Assembly (NCBI GenBank): GCA_016933575.1
Contig: JAFGAR010000051.1
Coordinates: 1-64,000 of the forward strand
Direction: 5' to 3'
DNA from: Candidatus Thorarchaeota archaeon
GTDB lineage: Archaea > Asgardarchaeota > Thorarchaeia > Thorarchaeales > Thorarchaeaceae
DNA length: 64,000 nucleotides
The first letter of the stretch is position 1, and each line of letters starts with the position of its first letter. The translations under genes and the position numbers were made by a program. This document shows positions 48,202 through 58,008 of the stretch, one piece after another. The notes under the pieces are model-generated. The model was not told the DNA's origin and did not search any database. It saw nothing but the letters and a program-made list of their open reading frames with translations.

Positions 48202-49056
48202 ATGGAGATAATATTTGAAGACAGAAGTCTAGTAATCAGAGACGAGAGTGTATCAGCTCTCATAATCTCTGATCTTCATATTGGTATTGAAGAAGAGATT
48301 GCAGAGAAGAAAGGAGTGCATTTTCCATATCAACACGTAAGTATGTCCGAAAGAATAGAGGAATTAATCACCAAGTATATGGTATCTTCAATCTATATTC
48401 TAGGGGATGTCAAACATACCATCCTTGCAGATTCACACTATAACTGGGAAGTTATTCCCGAGTTCATGGATTCGCTTCATGATATAGTAGATGTTGTGAT
48501 AGTGATTCCAGGAAATCATGATGGAAATCTACAAGCCTTGCTTCCAAGGAAGACCAGTCTGGCGGATGTTCGTGGAATTGTCATTGGTGAAGGAGAAGAG
48601 CGAGTTGGATTGCTTCATGGTCATGCGTGGCCAACCCCAGAAATGCTTGACGCAAAACGAATTGTGATTGGGCACAATCATCCAGTCATTAGAAGATTTC
48701 ATTACATATCGAGTCCTGAAACAGGAAGAGAGGGAAGAAAGCGGTATGCAGGATCAATACCTGTAGTGGTAAATTCGCAATTGAAGAAAAATTGTGTTAG
48801 ACAAAATCTAGGTATGTTGGATAGCCTAGGTGATGAGTATGCTACACTCGTAACCCTGCCCGGCTTTAATCCACTCATAACTGGTGTTGCTGTCAATGCA
48901 CCTAGTACCGAATTTCAGGGACCTCTTTTTGAGAATTCATGTGTTGATTTCCAAAATTCTGAGGTCTATAGCACAGAGGGATTATTCCTAGGCATTATTC
49001 AATGGTTAAGAGAACGTTTCAACGAAATGATTAAATCCAAGCCAACAAGGGACTGA
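48202..49056 (+). CDS. Metallophosphoesterase
   Basis: SDLHIG, GDVKH, GNHD, HGH, GHNHP. Confidence 0.9.
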   Translation: MEIIFEDRSLVIRDESVSALIISDLHIGIEEEIAEKKGVHFPYQHVSMSERIEELITKYMVSSIYILGDVKHTILADSHYNWEVIPEFMDSLHDIVDVVIVIPGNHDGNLQALLPRKTSLADVRGIVIGEGEERVGLLHGHAWPTPEMLDAKRIVIGHNHPVIRRFHYISSPETGREGRKRYAGSIPVVVNSQLKKNCVRQNLGMLDSLGDEYATLVTLPGFNPLITGVAVNAPSTEFQGPLFENSCVDFQNSEVYSTEGLFLGIIQWLRERFNEMIKSKPTRD

Positions 49057-49066
49057 TTCTAGGAAT

Positions 49067-49143
49067 GGGTCGGTGGTCTAGCTTGGTATGATTCTTGGTT
49101 CGGATCCAAGGGATCGGGCGTTCAAATCGCCTCCGGCCCACCA
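49067..49143 (+). tRNA. tRNA-Pro(CGG), intronless, CCA encoded
   Basis: GGGTCGG/CCGGCCC acceptor, CTTGG-TTCGGAT-CCAAG anticodon arm, GGGCG-TTCAAAT-CGCCT T arm. Confidence 0.92.
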
Positions 49144-49163
49144 TTGCTTATCTCTAATTGATA

Positions 49164-49442
49164 CTAATCGTCTTTGGACTTGTTTCTAGGCAGCGTTCCT
49201 GTAAGTGGTCCAACACTGTCAACAAATCCTCGACCTTGAACAGCTCCTATACGAGCTCCATGGTAAGTTTCTTCTGCAACCCGAGTTGCCGCTAATGGTG
49301 TTTCATCCCTCTGGGGAAAGGATCCTCTACGATCTCTCGATTTTGGTGCAAGAAAATAGATGATGAGAGCCGCAATAATGACCCCGCCCATACCAATTAA
49401 TAACCAGCTCATAGGAATTTCCTGTGTATGATATAATCCCAA
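49164..49442 (-). CDS. Small single-TM hypothetical protein
   Basis: N-terminal TM helix; start uncertain. Confidence 0.55.
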   Translation of the reverse strand: MGLYHTQEIPMSWLLIGMGGVIIAALIIYFLAPKSRDRRGSFPQRDETPLAATRVAEETYHGARIGAVQGRGFVDSVGPLTGTLPRNKSKDD

Positions 49443-49465
49443 GGAAACTTAAACCTTGGTCATCA

Positions 49466-49960
49466 TTACTTCTCCTCGATTTTTCCTTGATAACTGCTGC
49501 TTATTGCATAGAGAATAATAGCGGCAGTTCCAGATGGACCGATATCCACCCTGGCGTCTAAGCTCTTACACTCTCCTAAGTCCATTTCCTTCCTGGAAAA
49601 AGAGCTATTACTTCCAGAGAGAACTAGTCCTACTCGCTTCCCGGAATTGATACTTTCTGATAGTTGTTTGATGTCTGCCCGTTCCTTTGTCAACACAGGC
49701 GATACGACGAGTAAGGCATGATCTATTGCAAGTATCTCTAAGGCATCCTTGAGATCTGGTAGAGTCATGAAGTTCTGTTTCATTCTAATAGCAAGACGGT
49801 TTGCATCTGGAACACCTGCCTGTGCAGCAGAACCTTCGGCTTTGGATACGACGAAGTTTGGAAAACCAAGTCCGTATACAACCTGAGCTGTTTCACTTGT
49901 TTTTGAAGCAGATTGAACGTTATGTAGGATTACGTAGACGTTTTTAATTGATTCAGTCAA
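49466..49960 (-). CDS. SPOUT-like conserved archaeal protein (often labelled RecB-family nuclease)
   Basis: LHNVQS, GSAAQAGVP, PDLKDA, FSRKE, IGP.G.AAI. Confidence 0.65.
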   Translation of the reverse strand: MTESIKNVYVILHNVQSASKTSETAQVVYGLGFPNFVVSKAEGSAAQAGVPDANRLAIRMKQNFMTLPDLKDALEILAIDHALLVVSPVLTKERADIKQLSESINSGKRVGLVLSGSNSSFSRKEMDLGECKSLDARVDIGPSGTAAIILYAISSSYQGKIEEK

Positions 49961-50924
49961 TATGTTCGTAGACCTCCTGTGCAATCATTTTAGATATTAA
50001 GGGAGGAACGCTCTCACCAACTTGATTGTATTGGTTATCAGTTGGCCCGGTGAACACAAATGTGTCAGGGTAACTCATGAGTCTAGCATGTTCTCTCACT
50101 GTTAGAAGCCTGTTCTCATATGGATGTATGTACCGTGAGAGTCCATTTATTGAGGTTGCAATGCGATTGGGAAACAATCGAACCCAATTCGGTAGACTCT
50201 TTGTCTTTGTGACACGGAATTGTGATGCACCTCGACCCCAACGAGTCTTGCTGATTATTTTCTCTTTATCTGCTGAAACTGGGATTTCAATGTGATTTGG
50301 AAAAGTATTGTTCGGATCAAATAGAGATTCTAAACCAAGCGGAGGAAGGTCCCCGATTGTGTCCATTACATTTAGTGGTTTCTTCATAGGTATCTTCAAT
50401 CGGAGATTGCTAATGAATATTCTAAGACGTCTTGAGGGGTTCCCATGTTGATGAGCTCTTACCAGATTGAAATGAACATCATTGATACCTGCACGTGCAA
50501 ATTCACGACGGATTATTTCTTTTCCACCTGTGTTTTGAATAGCTGCAACATTCTCAATTATGAATACATGTGGTTCCAAATCCCCAATAAGTCGAATTGC
50601 ATCTATGAGAAGTCGAGCGGTCCCATCACTATAGATACGCTCAGCTGCTGTTCTTCTACTCTCAGGGTTGGCCTTACTGAATTCCTCACAAGGAGGAGAT
50701 GCTAGGATGATGTCAGGTCTACTACCTTGGGTTTTCAGAATGTCAGAAGAATGGAGGCAATTGATGTCTTTTTCCAGAATCTTTGCCTCTGGAACGTTCA
50801 GTCTGAAAGTTTCTAGCGCATATGGATTTATGTCAATAGCAAGGTGGGATTTGATAGTTGGAGAGAGAAATCCTTGTGAAAACCCACCTGCACCGCAGAA
50901 TAGATCAAGAACTTTCATGCTCAT
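49953..50924 (-). CDS. C5 DNA cytosine methyltransferase
   Basis: DLFCGAGG, SPPCEEFS, ENV, R.R.F, LTVREHARLMSYPD, QVGESVPP. Confidence 0.93.
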   Translation of the reverse strand: MSMKVLDLFCGAGGFSQGFLSPTIKSHLAIDINPYALETFRLNVPEAKILEKDINCLHSSDILKTQGSRPDIILASPPCEEFSKANPESRRTAAERIYSDGTARLLIDAIRLIGDLEPHVFIIENVAAIQNTGGKEIIRREFARAGINDVHFNLVRAHQHGNPSRRLRIFISNLRLKIPMKKPLNVMDTIGDLPPLGLESLFDPNNTFPNHIEIPVSADKEKIISKTRWGRGASQFRVTKTKSLPNWVRLFPNRIATSINGLSRYIHPYENRLLTVREHARLMSYPDTFVFTGPTDNQYNQVGESVPPLISKMIAQEVYEHID

Positions 50925-51059
50925 TCCCTCACGATTAGTGATGAGTATAGATTAGGTATTTTACCAACATCAAGCATCGATTATAACAATGTCGAAGGAA
51001 GACTTCAAAAGCACCGAATATCTACGGCGGTTTCGAAAAACCACATTGAGAGTGAAATA

Positions 51060-52001
51060 ATGGGACTAGGATCTGGAAAAGGAAAGACCATCCTATTTGG
51101 AGAGCATTTTGTCGTTTATGGGCTTCCAGCTTTGGCAGCAGGGATATCATCTGTAACTACTGCAAAATTAACGAGGGTACGTTCTTTCGGACATACTCTT
51201 GTCGATAATCGACCTGCAATGCCGGGATACAAGAAAGAGAAATACGAAGAACAGAAAGCGTCACTCGAGAATATACTAAGACATCTCAATATCGATACTA
51301 CAAAAATGGGTTTCCAAATTGATCTAGGAGGTGATCTTGTTTGTGCCTCAGGGATTGGAGCAAGTGCTGCTAGTTGTGTGGCAATTGTAAGGTCTCTAAA
51401 TGATGAATTTAAACTAGGACTTACTGAAGAACAAGTCAATGAGGCAGCATACGAAGGAGAGAAAGGATATCATGGAACACCTTCGGGATTGGATAATACT
51501 GCATCAACTTATGGGGGTCTGGTCTGGTTTGAAAGAGATCTAGGTGGTGGTCGTCCAAAATTCGAGAAATTGAAGCTTAAGAAAGCAATCCATCTTGTCA
51601 TTGCATCAACAGGTATCACAGCCAGCACTAAGGTTGTTGTAGAAGCTGTAAAAATAAAGAAAGATGCAAATCCTAAATGGTGGGATGAAATCTCAGAAAA
51701 GTACATTCAACTCGTTCACAAGGCAAAGGAAGCATTGATTCAACTTGACCTTCCAAAAGTTGGAGAATTAATGAATGAGAATCACGAGTTGCTTCAAGAA
51801 TTGACTGTTTCCTGTGAAGAATTAGACAATTTAGTCAAAGTAGCTCGTGATAGTGGTGCTATCGGAGCAAAGATGACTGGAACCGGTCGTGGTGGTAATA
51901 TGATATCCCTTGCACCTGATGAAGCTGCAGCAAAACAAATAGCCAAAGCTCTTGAGAAGGCTAAAGCACCCGGAGTATGGCTAACATCATTTGGATTGTG
52001 A
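51060..52001 (+). CDS. mvk: Mevalonate kinase
   Basis: GK.ILFGEH.VVYG, SGIGASAA, HGTPSGLD, GAKMTG.GRGG. Confidence 0.93.
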   Translation: MGLGSGKGKTILFGEHFVVYGLPALAAGISSVTTAKLTRVRSFGHTLVDNRPAMPGYKKEKYEEQKASLENILRHLNIDTTKMGFQIDLGGDLVCASGIGASAASCVAIVRSLNDEFKLGLTEEQVNEAAYEGEKGYHGTPSGLDNTASTYGGLVWFERDLGGGRPKFEKLKLKKAIHLVIASTGITASTKVVVEAVKIKKDANPKWWDEISEKYIQLVHKAKEALIQLDLPKVGELMNENHELLQELTVSCEELDNLVKVARDSGAIGAKMTGTGRGGNMISLAPDEAAAKQIAKALEKAKAPGVWLTSFGL

Positions 52002-52010
52002 GGTGAAGAG

Positions 52011-53318
52011 ATGATACTTGAAGAATATATCAAGATTTTACAGAAAAAAGGAGATATCACTACTATCAATAAGAAGATTTCAAAGAATTTTGAGATTGCA
52101 GGAGTGTTGAAGAGTCTTGAACCAACACCTGCACTTTTTAATCATGTAAAAGAGAGCCAGTTTAGAGTGGTTGGGAACCTTTTCTGTAATAAAAAACAGA
52201 TTGCTGACTATTTTGGGATAACCACAGAAGAGATTATTCCTACTCTGACTAAAGCAATTGAAGAACATAGTGAGCCAGAGATAGTTTCTAACGCTGCATG
52301 CCAAGAAGTCGTTGAAGAGAAGGTCGACCTTGATTTACTTCCAATCTTACTGCACAATGAGATTGATGGCGGTCCGTATATCTCATCAGGAGTTGTTGTT
52401 TCGGCAGATCCTGAATTTGGGCAGAATCTTGACTTTCACAGAGCCATGCAGATTAGTAAGAACAAGATGGTAACACGAGTTGTGAGCGGACGTGACTTTC
52501 ACAAGTTCTTGCAACGGAATGGAGAAGTAGATGTGGCATTCTGCATAGGAAATACCCCAGAAGTTCTCATTGCCGCGGCTACATCAGTGGAAACAGGTGT
52601 AGATGAATTAGAGATATCTCAAGCACTCAAACCAATCAAAGTCACGAAGGCTAAGACTGTAGACTTGAAAATTCCTGCGGATTGTGAGTTTGTGCTTGAA
52701 GGAAGAGTGACACTTGACGAACGGCACGACGAAGGACCATTCATCGATCTTACAGAAACTGTTGATGTGATTCGTCAGGAGCCAGTGTTTGAAGTGAAAC
52801 GAATTACTCATAGAAAGACAGCAATATGGCAGGGTCTACTTCCCGGAAGGTCTGAACATAAGATCTTGATGGGGATGCCTAGAGAGCCAACCATCTTCAA
52901 GAAAGTAAAAGATAGAGGCATTGATGTTCTGGATGTATATATCACACCTGGGGGAACCAGCTGGCTACATGTAGCAGTGAAAATCAGGAAAAAGAATGAA
53001 GATGATGGGCTACAAACATTGGAAGCTGCATTTGCTGGTCATAAGAGTGCAAAGCACATCTGGGTCTATGATGAGGACATAGATATCTACTCAGATGAAG
53101 AGAGAGAATGGGCGATGGCCACTAGATTTCAAGCAGATGAGGACCTCCTAATCAAGGACCGTGAACCAGGAAGTTCTCTGGATCCTAGTGCAGAAGTGGG
53201 TACAAAGCTGACAACCAAATGTGGATTTGATTGTACAAAAACCCTGGATACGAAGGGAAAAAGCTTTGACAAAGCAAAGTTCCCTGAGGTGGATTTGAAG
53301 AAATTTCTAGGTGAGTAA
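52011..53318 (+). CDS. UbiD-family decarboxylase (probable anhydromevalonate phosphate decarboxylase)
   Basis: UbiD motifs (EGPF.D, D.DIDI, WAMATRFQ); operon context. Confidence 0.88.
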   Translation: MILEEYIKILQKKGDITTINKKISKNFEIAGVLKSLEPTPALFNHVKESQFRVVGNLFCNKKQIADYFGITTEEIIPTLTKAIEEHSEPEIVSNAACQEVVEEKVDLDLLPILLHNEIDGGPYISSGVVVSADPEFGQNLDFHRAMQISKNKMVTRVVSGRDFHKFLQRNGEVDVAFCIGNTPEVLIAAATSVETGVDELEISQALKPIKVTKAKTVDLKIPADCEFVLEGRVTLDERHDEGPFIDLTETVDVIRQEPVFEVKRITHRKTAIWQGLLPGRSEHKILMGMPREPTIFKKVKDRGIDVLDVYITPGGTSWLHVAVKIRKKNEDDGLQTLEAAFAGHKSAKHIWVYDEDIDIYSDEEREWAMATRFQADEDLLIKDREPGSSLDPSAEVGTKLTTKCGFDCTKTLDTKGKSFDKAKFPEVDLKKFLGE

Positions 53319-54507
53319 AATGGGTCTTGAATTGAAACCTGAAGAACAAGAGATGTTGGAGGGTAAACATGGCAAAGCAGCTCGAAAAGCCATGGAAATA
53401 ATCACAACACTAGGTGAGATCTATGGTGCAAAAAGACTGATTCCTGTTTCAAGTGTTCAAATTGCAGGAGTGTCCTATGATAATCTGGGAGAGGCAGGTC
53501 TAGAGTATCTAAGCGAAATGGCTGAGGATGGTCAGACTCGTGTACTTACCACCCTCAATCCTGCGGGTATGGATATGCTTGAATGGAAAAAACATGGGAT
53601 ACGAGAGGATTTTGCAAAAAATCAACAGAGAGTTGTGGATGCTTTTGAAAAGATGGGAGTAGTGACCACCTGTACCTGCACACCATATCTTATTGGAAAT
53701 CTACCACATTATGGTGAGCATATAGCTTGGGCAGAGTCTTCAGCAGTATGTTTCGCAAATTCTGTTATAGGAGCTTTTACAAACAGGGAAGGAGGGCCTA
53801 GTGCACTAGCTGCTGCTCTCACAGGAGTCACAGCTGAATACGGGTTGCATCTCGAGGAGAACAGGATCGCTCAAGTCAAGTATGAAATTCATGCAGATTT
53901 GAAAAATACTGATGATTTTGGTCTATTGGGACAAGTTATTGGAAAAAGAACCGGGAAGACGATTCCGTATATTGTTGGAATAAAGAATGCGACTACTGAG
54001 CACCTAAAATCATTCAGTGCATCTATTGCCACGTACGGAGGTGTCGCAATATTTCATATGGAGGGGGTCACGCCCAACAGGACTACCATCCCAGATGTTG
54101 TAGAAGTTGTCACTGACGATGACCTTAGGACTGCAAGAACTGAATTGGATGACGAAGAGGCGGAGATTGACTTCATCAGCGTAGGGTGTCCTCATGCTAG
54201 TATTAAGGAAATAGCTGAAATTGCTAGCATTCTTGATGGAAAAACGGTAGCAGAAGGAAAGACTGTATGGATTACTACAGCCAAACCTACTAAGGACTTG
54301 GCAATGAAAATGGGATATTATGATAAGATAGAGAGAGCAGGTGCGTTTCTTGTAGCAGATGCATGTTGTGCAGTTGCGCCATTGAAAGGAAGATTCACTG
54401 GATTAATGACTGATTCCGCAAAGGCTTGTTTCTATGCTCGGGGTAAGAATAAGTTCAAGACAGAGATACGGACTGTTGAAGAGTGTATTAGAGAGGCGAT
54501 TTCGTAA
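53311..54507 (+). CDS. Aconitase X large subunit (phosphomevalonate dehydratase L)
   Basis: TTLNP, TCTCTPY, WAESSA, GCPH. Confidence 0.9.
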   Translation: MSKMGLELKPEEQEMLEGKHGKAARKAMEIITTLGEIYGAKRLIPVSSVQIAGVSYDNLGEAGLEYLSEMAEDGQTRVLTTLNPAGMDMLEWKKHGIREDFAKNQQRVVDAFEKMGVVTTCTCTPYLIGNLPHYGEHIAWAESSAVCFANSVIGAFTNREGGPSALAAALTGVTAEYGLHLEENRIAQVKYEIHADLKNTDDFGLLGQVIGKRTGKTIPYIVGIKNATTEHLKSFSASIATYGGVAIFHMEGVTPNRTTIPDVVEVVTDDDLRTARTELDDEEAEIDFISVGCPHASIKEIAEIASILDGKTVAEGKTVWITTAKPTKDLAMKMGYYDKIERAGAFLVADACCAVAPLKGRFTGLMTDSAKACFYARGKNKFKTEIRTVEECIREAIS

Positions 54508-54893
54508 TGCAAGGTAGGAAGATCTTCAAAGGAAAAGTAGTAGGAGAAGCACTAGTCACGGGAGATGATATATCCTTCTATGGAGGGTGCGACCCAGAAA
54601 CTGGTGAGATAGTAGAAAAGGGACATCATCTTGAGGGTAAGTCAATATCAGGAAAAGTCCTTGTCTTTCCCTCCGGGAAGGGCTCGACCGTAGGTTCGTA
54701 CGTTCTTTATGCCCTAAAGAAGGCAGAAAAAGCACCACTGGCTATAGTGAACAGAGTGATGGATCCTGTGGTTGCTGTAGGGTGTATCATTTCTGAGATA
54801 CCTGCTGTTGACCAGATTGATATTGGAAAAATTCAAACAGGTCAAAAAATTGAGGTTGACGCCGATAACGGCGTCGTGACTCCGGTTGAATAG
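54507..54893 (+). CDS. Aconitase X small subunit (DUF126; phosphomevalonate dehydratase S)
   Basis: ISFYGG.DP.TG, GKGSTVGS. Confidence 0.9.
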   Translation: MQGRKIFKGKVVGEALVTGDDISFYGGCDPETGEIVEKGHHLEGKSISGKVLVFPSGKGSTVGSYVLYALKKAEKAPLAIVNRVMDPVVAVGCIISEIPAVDQIDIGKIQTGQKIEVDADNGVVTPVE

Positions 54894-54896
54894 TAA

Positions 54897-55532
54897 TTAG
54901 AATCTCTGTACTTGAGGCTCAAAGTCCTCCGGGGTAAAAGCGGGCTCGCCATCCTCTGGAATATCACCACGCTCTTTGAGAACCTGAGTAGTCAGAAGAT
55001 AATATACAAGAGCAAGTGACTTTCTACCACGATTGTTTGTGGGTATCACAAGGTCAACATTGGTAGTTTGATTATCAGTGTCACAGAGTGCGATGACTGG
55101 TACTCCAATTCTTGCAGCCTCAGATAGTCCCTGTTGGTCTGTTCTGGGGTCTGTGAGAATGACGACATCTGGTTCAATGTATTGTCGAGGTCCTGCAATG
55201 TTAGGATTTGTTAGAGTCCCTGGAACAAATCGTTCTGTGAATGCATTTGCTCCGATGTAATAAGCAAAGGTTTCAACAGGTCTCTTACCATAGACACGAC
55301 CAGAAACAATTACAATCTTAGAGGGGTCAAATCGTGCTAGAAACTTACCAGCCTCTCGTATCCTCTCATCTGTCTTTCGGACATCGAGCACATAAAGACC
55401 GATTGGACGTTGTCTATACACGAAGGGCTCCATATCCTGTGTCTTCACTTGAGTACCAATATGACAACCTGCGGCCAGATATTTGTCCATAGGTGTTAAG
55501 AGCTCTAGATCAGAAACTTCGATATCACTCAT
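54897..55532 (-). CDS. rps2: Ribosomal protein S2
   Basis: [25 protein letters not shown]. Confidence 0.97.
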   Translation of the reverse strand: MSDIEVSDLELLTPMDKYLAAGCHIGTQVKTQDMEPFVYRQRPIGLYVLDVRKTDERIREAGKFLARFDPSKIVIVSGRVYGKRPVETFAYYIGANAFTERFVPGTLTNPNIAGPRQYIEPDVVILTDPRTDQQGLSEAARIGVPVIALCDTDNQTTNVDLVIPTNNRGRKSLALVYYLLTTQVLKERGDIPEDGEPAFTPEDFEPQVQRF

Positions 55533-55533
55533 C

Positions 55534-55749
55534 TTATTTTACCTCCTCAATGGTAACTGTTGAAAATGCCATGAAGCTGTCAATGATGTCAATATGTGCA
55601 AGCAACATTCGGCGACAGCAGTACCTATTCAAACCAAGATTATCTAAGACGGTACCTGGATCTTCACCCTGACGTACTTCTCGTTTGAACTCCTCAAACT
55701 TGTCTGCAACAACTTTGCCGCAAGTGAAACAACGTACTGGTATAATCAT
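55534..55749 (-). CDS. rpoN: RNA polymerase subunit Rpo10 (N)
   Basis: [11 protein letters not shown]...RYCCRRM. Confidence 0.97.
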   Translation of the reverse strand: MIIPVRCFTCGKVVADKFEEFKREVRQGEDPGTVLDNLGLNRYCCRRMLLAHIDIIDSFMAFSTVTIEEVK

Positions 55750-55759
55750 TATTTTCGCC

Positions 55760-56158
55760 TCACCTGTAAGATTTCTGGTATCTTGAACGTGCTGACGGTC
55801 CACCAAACTTCTTCGGCTCAGTACGCCGTGGGTCGCCAACCAGCATAGTTCTATCATGTTCAATCATTTTCGAACGGGCTTCAAAGTCTTGACTCATACG
55901 AACCAATCCGGTTGCAATAGACATTCTGATTGCGTCTGCTTGACTCATGAATCCGCCACCCTTTACTCTGACTTTGATGTCATATCGCTTCCAGCCATTA
56001 CCAAAGAGGATCAAGGGTTCCATAATTCTCATTCTTGCTAGTTCTGGCTGATGGACTTCCAGAGGTGTTCCATTAATCCGCACACGACCAACACCATCGC
56101 TAATTGTGGCCTTAGCCAGACTCGTCTTTCGCTTGCCTGTACTGACTACTACTCTCAC
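55760..56158 (-). CDS. rps9: Ribosomal protein S9
   Basis: [27 protein letters not shown]. Confidence 0.97.
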   Translation of the reverse strand: MRVVVSTGKRKTSLAKATISDGVGRVRINGTPLEVHQPELARMRIMEPLILFGNGWKRYDIKVRVKGGGFMSQADAIRMSIATGLVRMSQDFEARSKMIEHDRTMLVGDPRRTEPKKFGGPSARSRYQKSYR

Positions 56159-56159
56159 T

Positions 56160-56612
56160 TTATGCCACCTCCGGGCCTCTCCAACCTAGTTCCGCACTAA
56201 GGTCTGCAACTCGGATGAACTTACTTTTCATACTTCTATAACGTGAATCTTCTAACACAATCTTCTCTGCATCCTTGTATCTCTCAGGAACTCCAATGAA
56301 GACCTTGATACGTTTGTATGCATCTACTCCACGAGGCCTAGGCCAAGGTAGCATTCCACGAATCATTCTCCGGACCATCATATCAGGTCGACGTTCGTGA
56401 AAAGGACCTCTAACAGGATTAGAAGATGTTCTGATATTGCGTTTCTCTTTGAACGCTTCGATTACTGCTCTACGATCGCCTGTAATGATAGCCTTCTCTA
56501 CATTGACTATAACGACATTATTGCCCATCAATGCAGCCTTAGCAACTTTAGCTCCAAGCCGGCCCACAACCATTTCCTCAGCATCATAGACTTTGACGAC
56601 TTCTGTACTCAT
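56160..56612 (-). CDS. rpl13: Ribosomal protein L13
   Basis: DA...VGRL...VAK, RGMLP, GVP. Confidence 0.95.
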   Translation of the reverse strand: MSTEVVKVYDAEEMVVGRLGAKVAKAALMGNNVVIVNVEKAIITGDRRAVIEAFKEKRNIRTSSNPVRGPFHERRPDMMVRRMIRGMLPWPRPRGVDAYKRIKVFIGVPERYKDAEKIVLEDSRYRSMKSKFIRVADLSAELGWRGPEVA

Positions 56613-56622
56613 TGGAACCACC

Positions 56623-56994
56623 TTATACAATAATAGTAATACCTCGACCTTTGGGAGCTTGTGTAAGTAGCTCATCAATTGACATAACTGAGCCACCAGC
56701 TCCGACTATTGCAGACCTGGCGGTCGAAGATGCATTTAGTGCTGCAACTGTTACTTTGTGTGTAATAATGCCTGAGCCAAGAATTTTACCCGGTACGATG
56801 ACAATGTCTCCAGCATTGGTATATCTTTCAATCTTACCTATATTCACAGCTGGACGCTGTCGAGCTGGTCGGGCAATCATCTCTGCAACTCGCTTCCATA
56901 TTTTGACGTTGTGTTTTAGTGACGTCTTTCTAAGCGCATTTATCAGCGCACGTGTATTAGGGTCCGTTGGTCCGGATTTCACAGATCTCTCCAT
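56623..56994 (-). CDS. rpl18e: Ribosomal protein L18e
   Basis: IWKRVA, VN..KI, VPGKILGSG. Confidence 0.95.
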   Translation of the reverse strand: MERSVKSGPTDPNTRALINALRKTSLKHNVKIWKRVAEMIARPARQRPAVNIGKIERYTNAGDIVIVPGKILGSGIITHKVTVAALNASSTARSAIVGAGGSVMSIDELLTQAPKGRGITIIV

Positions 56995-57005
56995 GTTGTA
57001 ACACC

Positions 57006-57806
57006 TCATAGTGAGTTAGCATAATCTAAAGCCAACCTGATTCGTTCTTTCAGAATCTCGGTTGACTTCTCAACAATTTCTTCAGGAGTCAATGCACCTG
57101 TGGATTCAACCTTAAACAAGAAGCTGTCCTTCTTGGAATCGATTGTAATTGCTCCGGGTTCGCAGACTTCAACGCAGGCTTCACAGAGGCTGCAGTCTAG
57201 TGTGTTCTGTGTTGCAATTGTATCGCCATCCACAAGTAGAATATTCTTGGGACATACATTGACACAGTCCCCACAGTTATTGCATTTCTCCTTATTCACT
57301 TCAACAATGGGAACGTATTTGTAAGATACTGTTGAAACTGGCTGGAACTTCGCATTCTCAACACCTTTCCCAAGCCGAGCATAGGCCTCAATGATAAGGC
57401 GCTGATGAGGAGCTAGCTTCACTAGGGGAATTTCACCAGAAGCTGGAACAACTTTGGGGTCTTGTGATGACAGGTCTCGGGAGTAGACAGTTTCTTCTTC
57501 ATCACCTGCCTCTTTCTCAAGAGTCAGAGTACATTGACAAAGACTACAACCTTTTCCCTCACAATCGCATTCTTGAGGAAGGTTATAGCTCTCTAAATCA
57601 GTTACCAGTGGGACAAGTCCCATTCTATGAGCAAGCATTTCATCGTACATGACGCTTGTGTTCTCAAGGACCAAGACTTCGTCAATGGCCATGGCTGGTA
57701 ATCTAGTAAGCATGGTTCTCCTTAATGCATTTGCAAAGGCAACATCTACTCCCTCAGCGAGGAAGTGAACAATGTTTTCTTGCTTGCGTATGATTGTGAT
57801 TTCCAT
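57006..57806 (-). CDS. rpoD: RNA polymerase subunit Rpo3 (D) with ferredoxin-like insert
   Basis: ANALRR, DE.LAHRMGLVPL, two CxxCxxCxxxCP-type clusters. Confidence 0.96.
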   Translation of the reverse strand: MEITIIRKQENIVHFLAEGVDVAFANALRRTMLTRLPAMAIDEVLVLENTSVMYDEMLAHRMGLVPLVTDLESYNLPQECDCEGKGCSLCQCTLTLEKEAGDEEETVYSRDLSSQDPKVVPASGEIPLVKLAPHQRLIIEAYARLGKGVENAKFQPVSTVSYKYVPIVEVNKEKCNNCGDCVNVCPKNILLVDGDTIATQNTLDCSLCEACVEVCEPGAITIDSKKDSFLFKVESTGALTPEEIVEKSTEILKERIRLALDYANSL

Positions 57807-58008
57807 TGACTCACCTGACCGCAGACGTCTATTCAATACCCAAAAGACATGTTCTTCCCGGATGGACTCGCCAAGTGAGATTATTACTCAGATGGCTCAT
57901 TCGCCCATGCCTTGGGCAAATTGGTCTGCTGGTACTGAGCATAAAAGCCTTGTCCTAAGGCTGCAGTACTGGTTCATGTTAAGTAAAAGAATGAAGGGTA
58001 ATAGTGGA

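Noticed and set aside
49144-49470. Cassette scars downstream of tRNA-Pro
   Set aside because: No second copy of the tRNA-Pro 3' end was seen; only one small ORF follows
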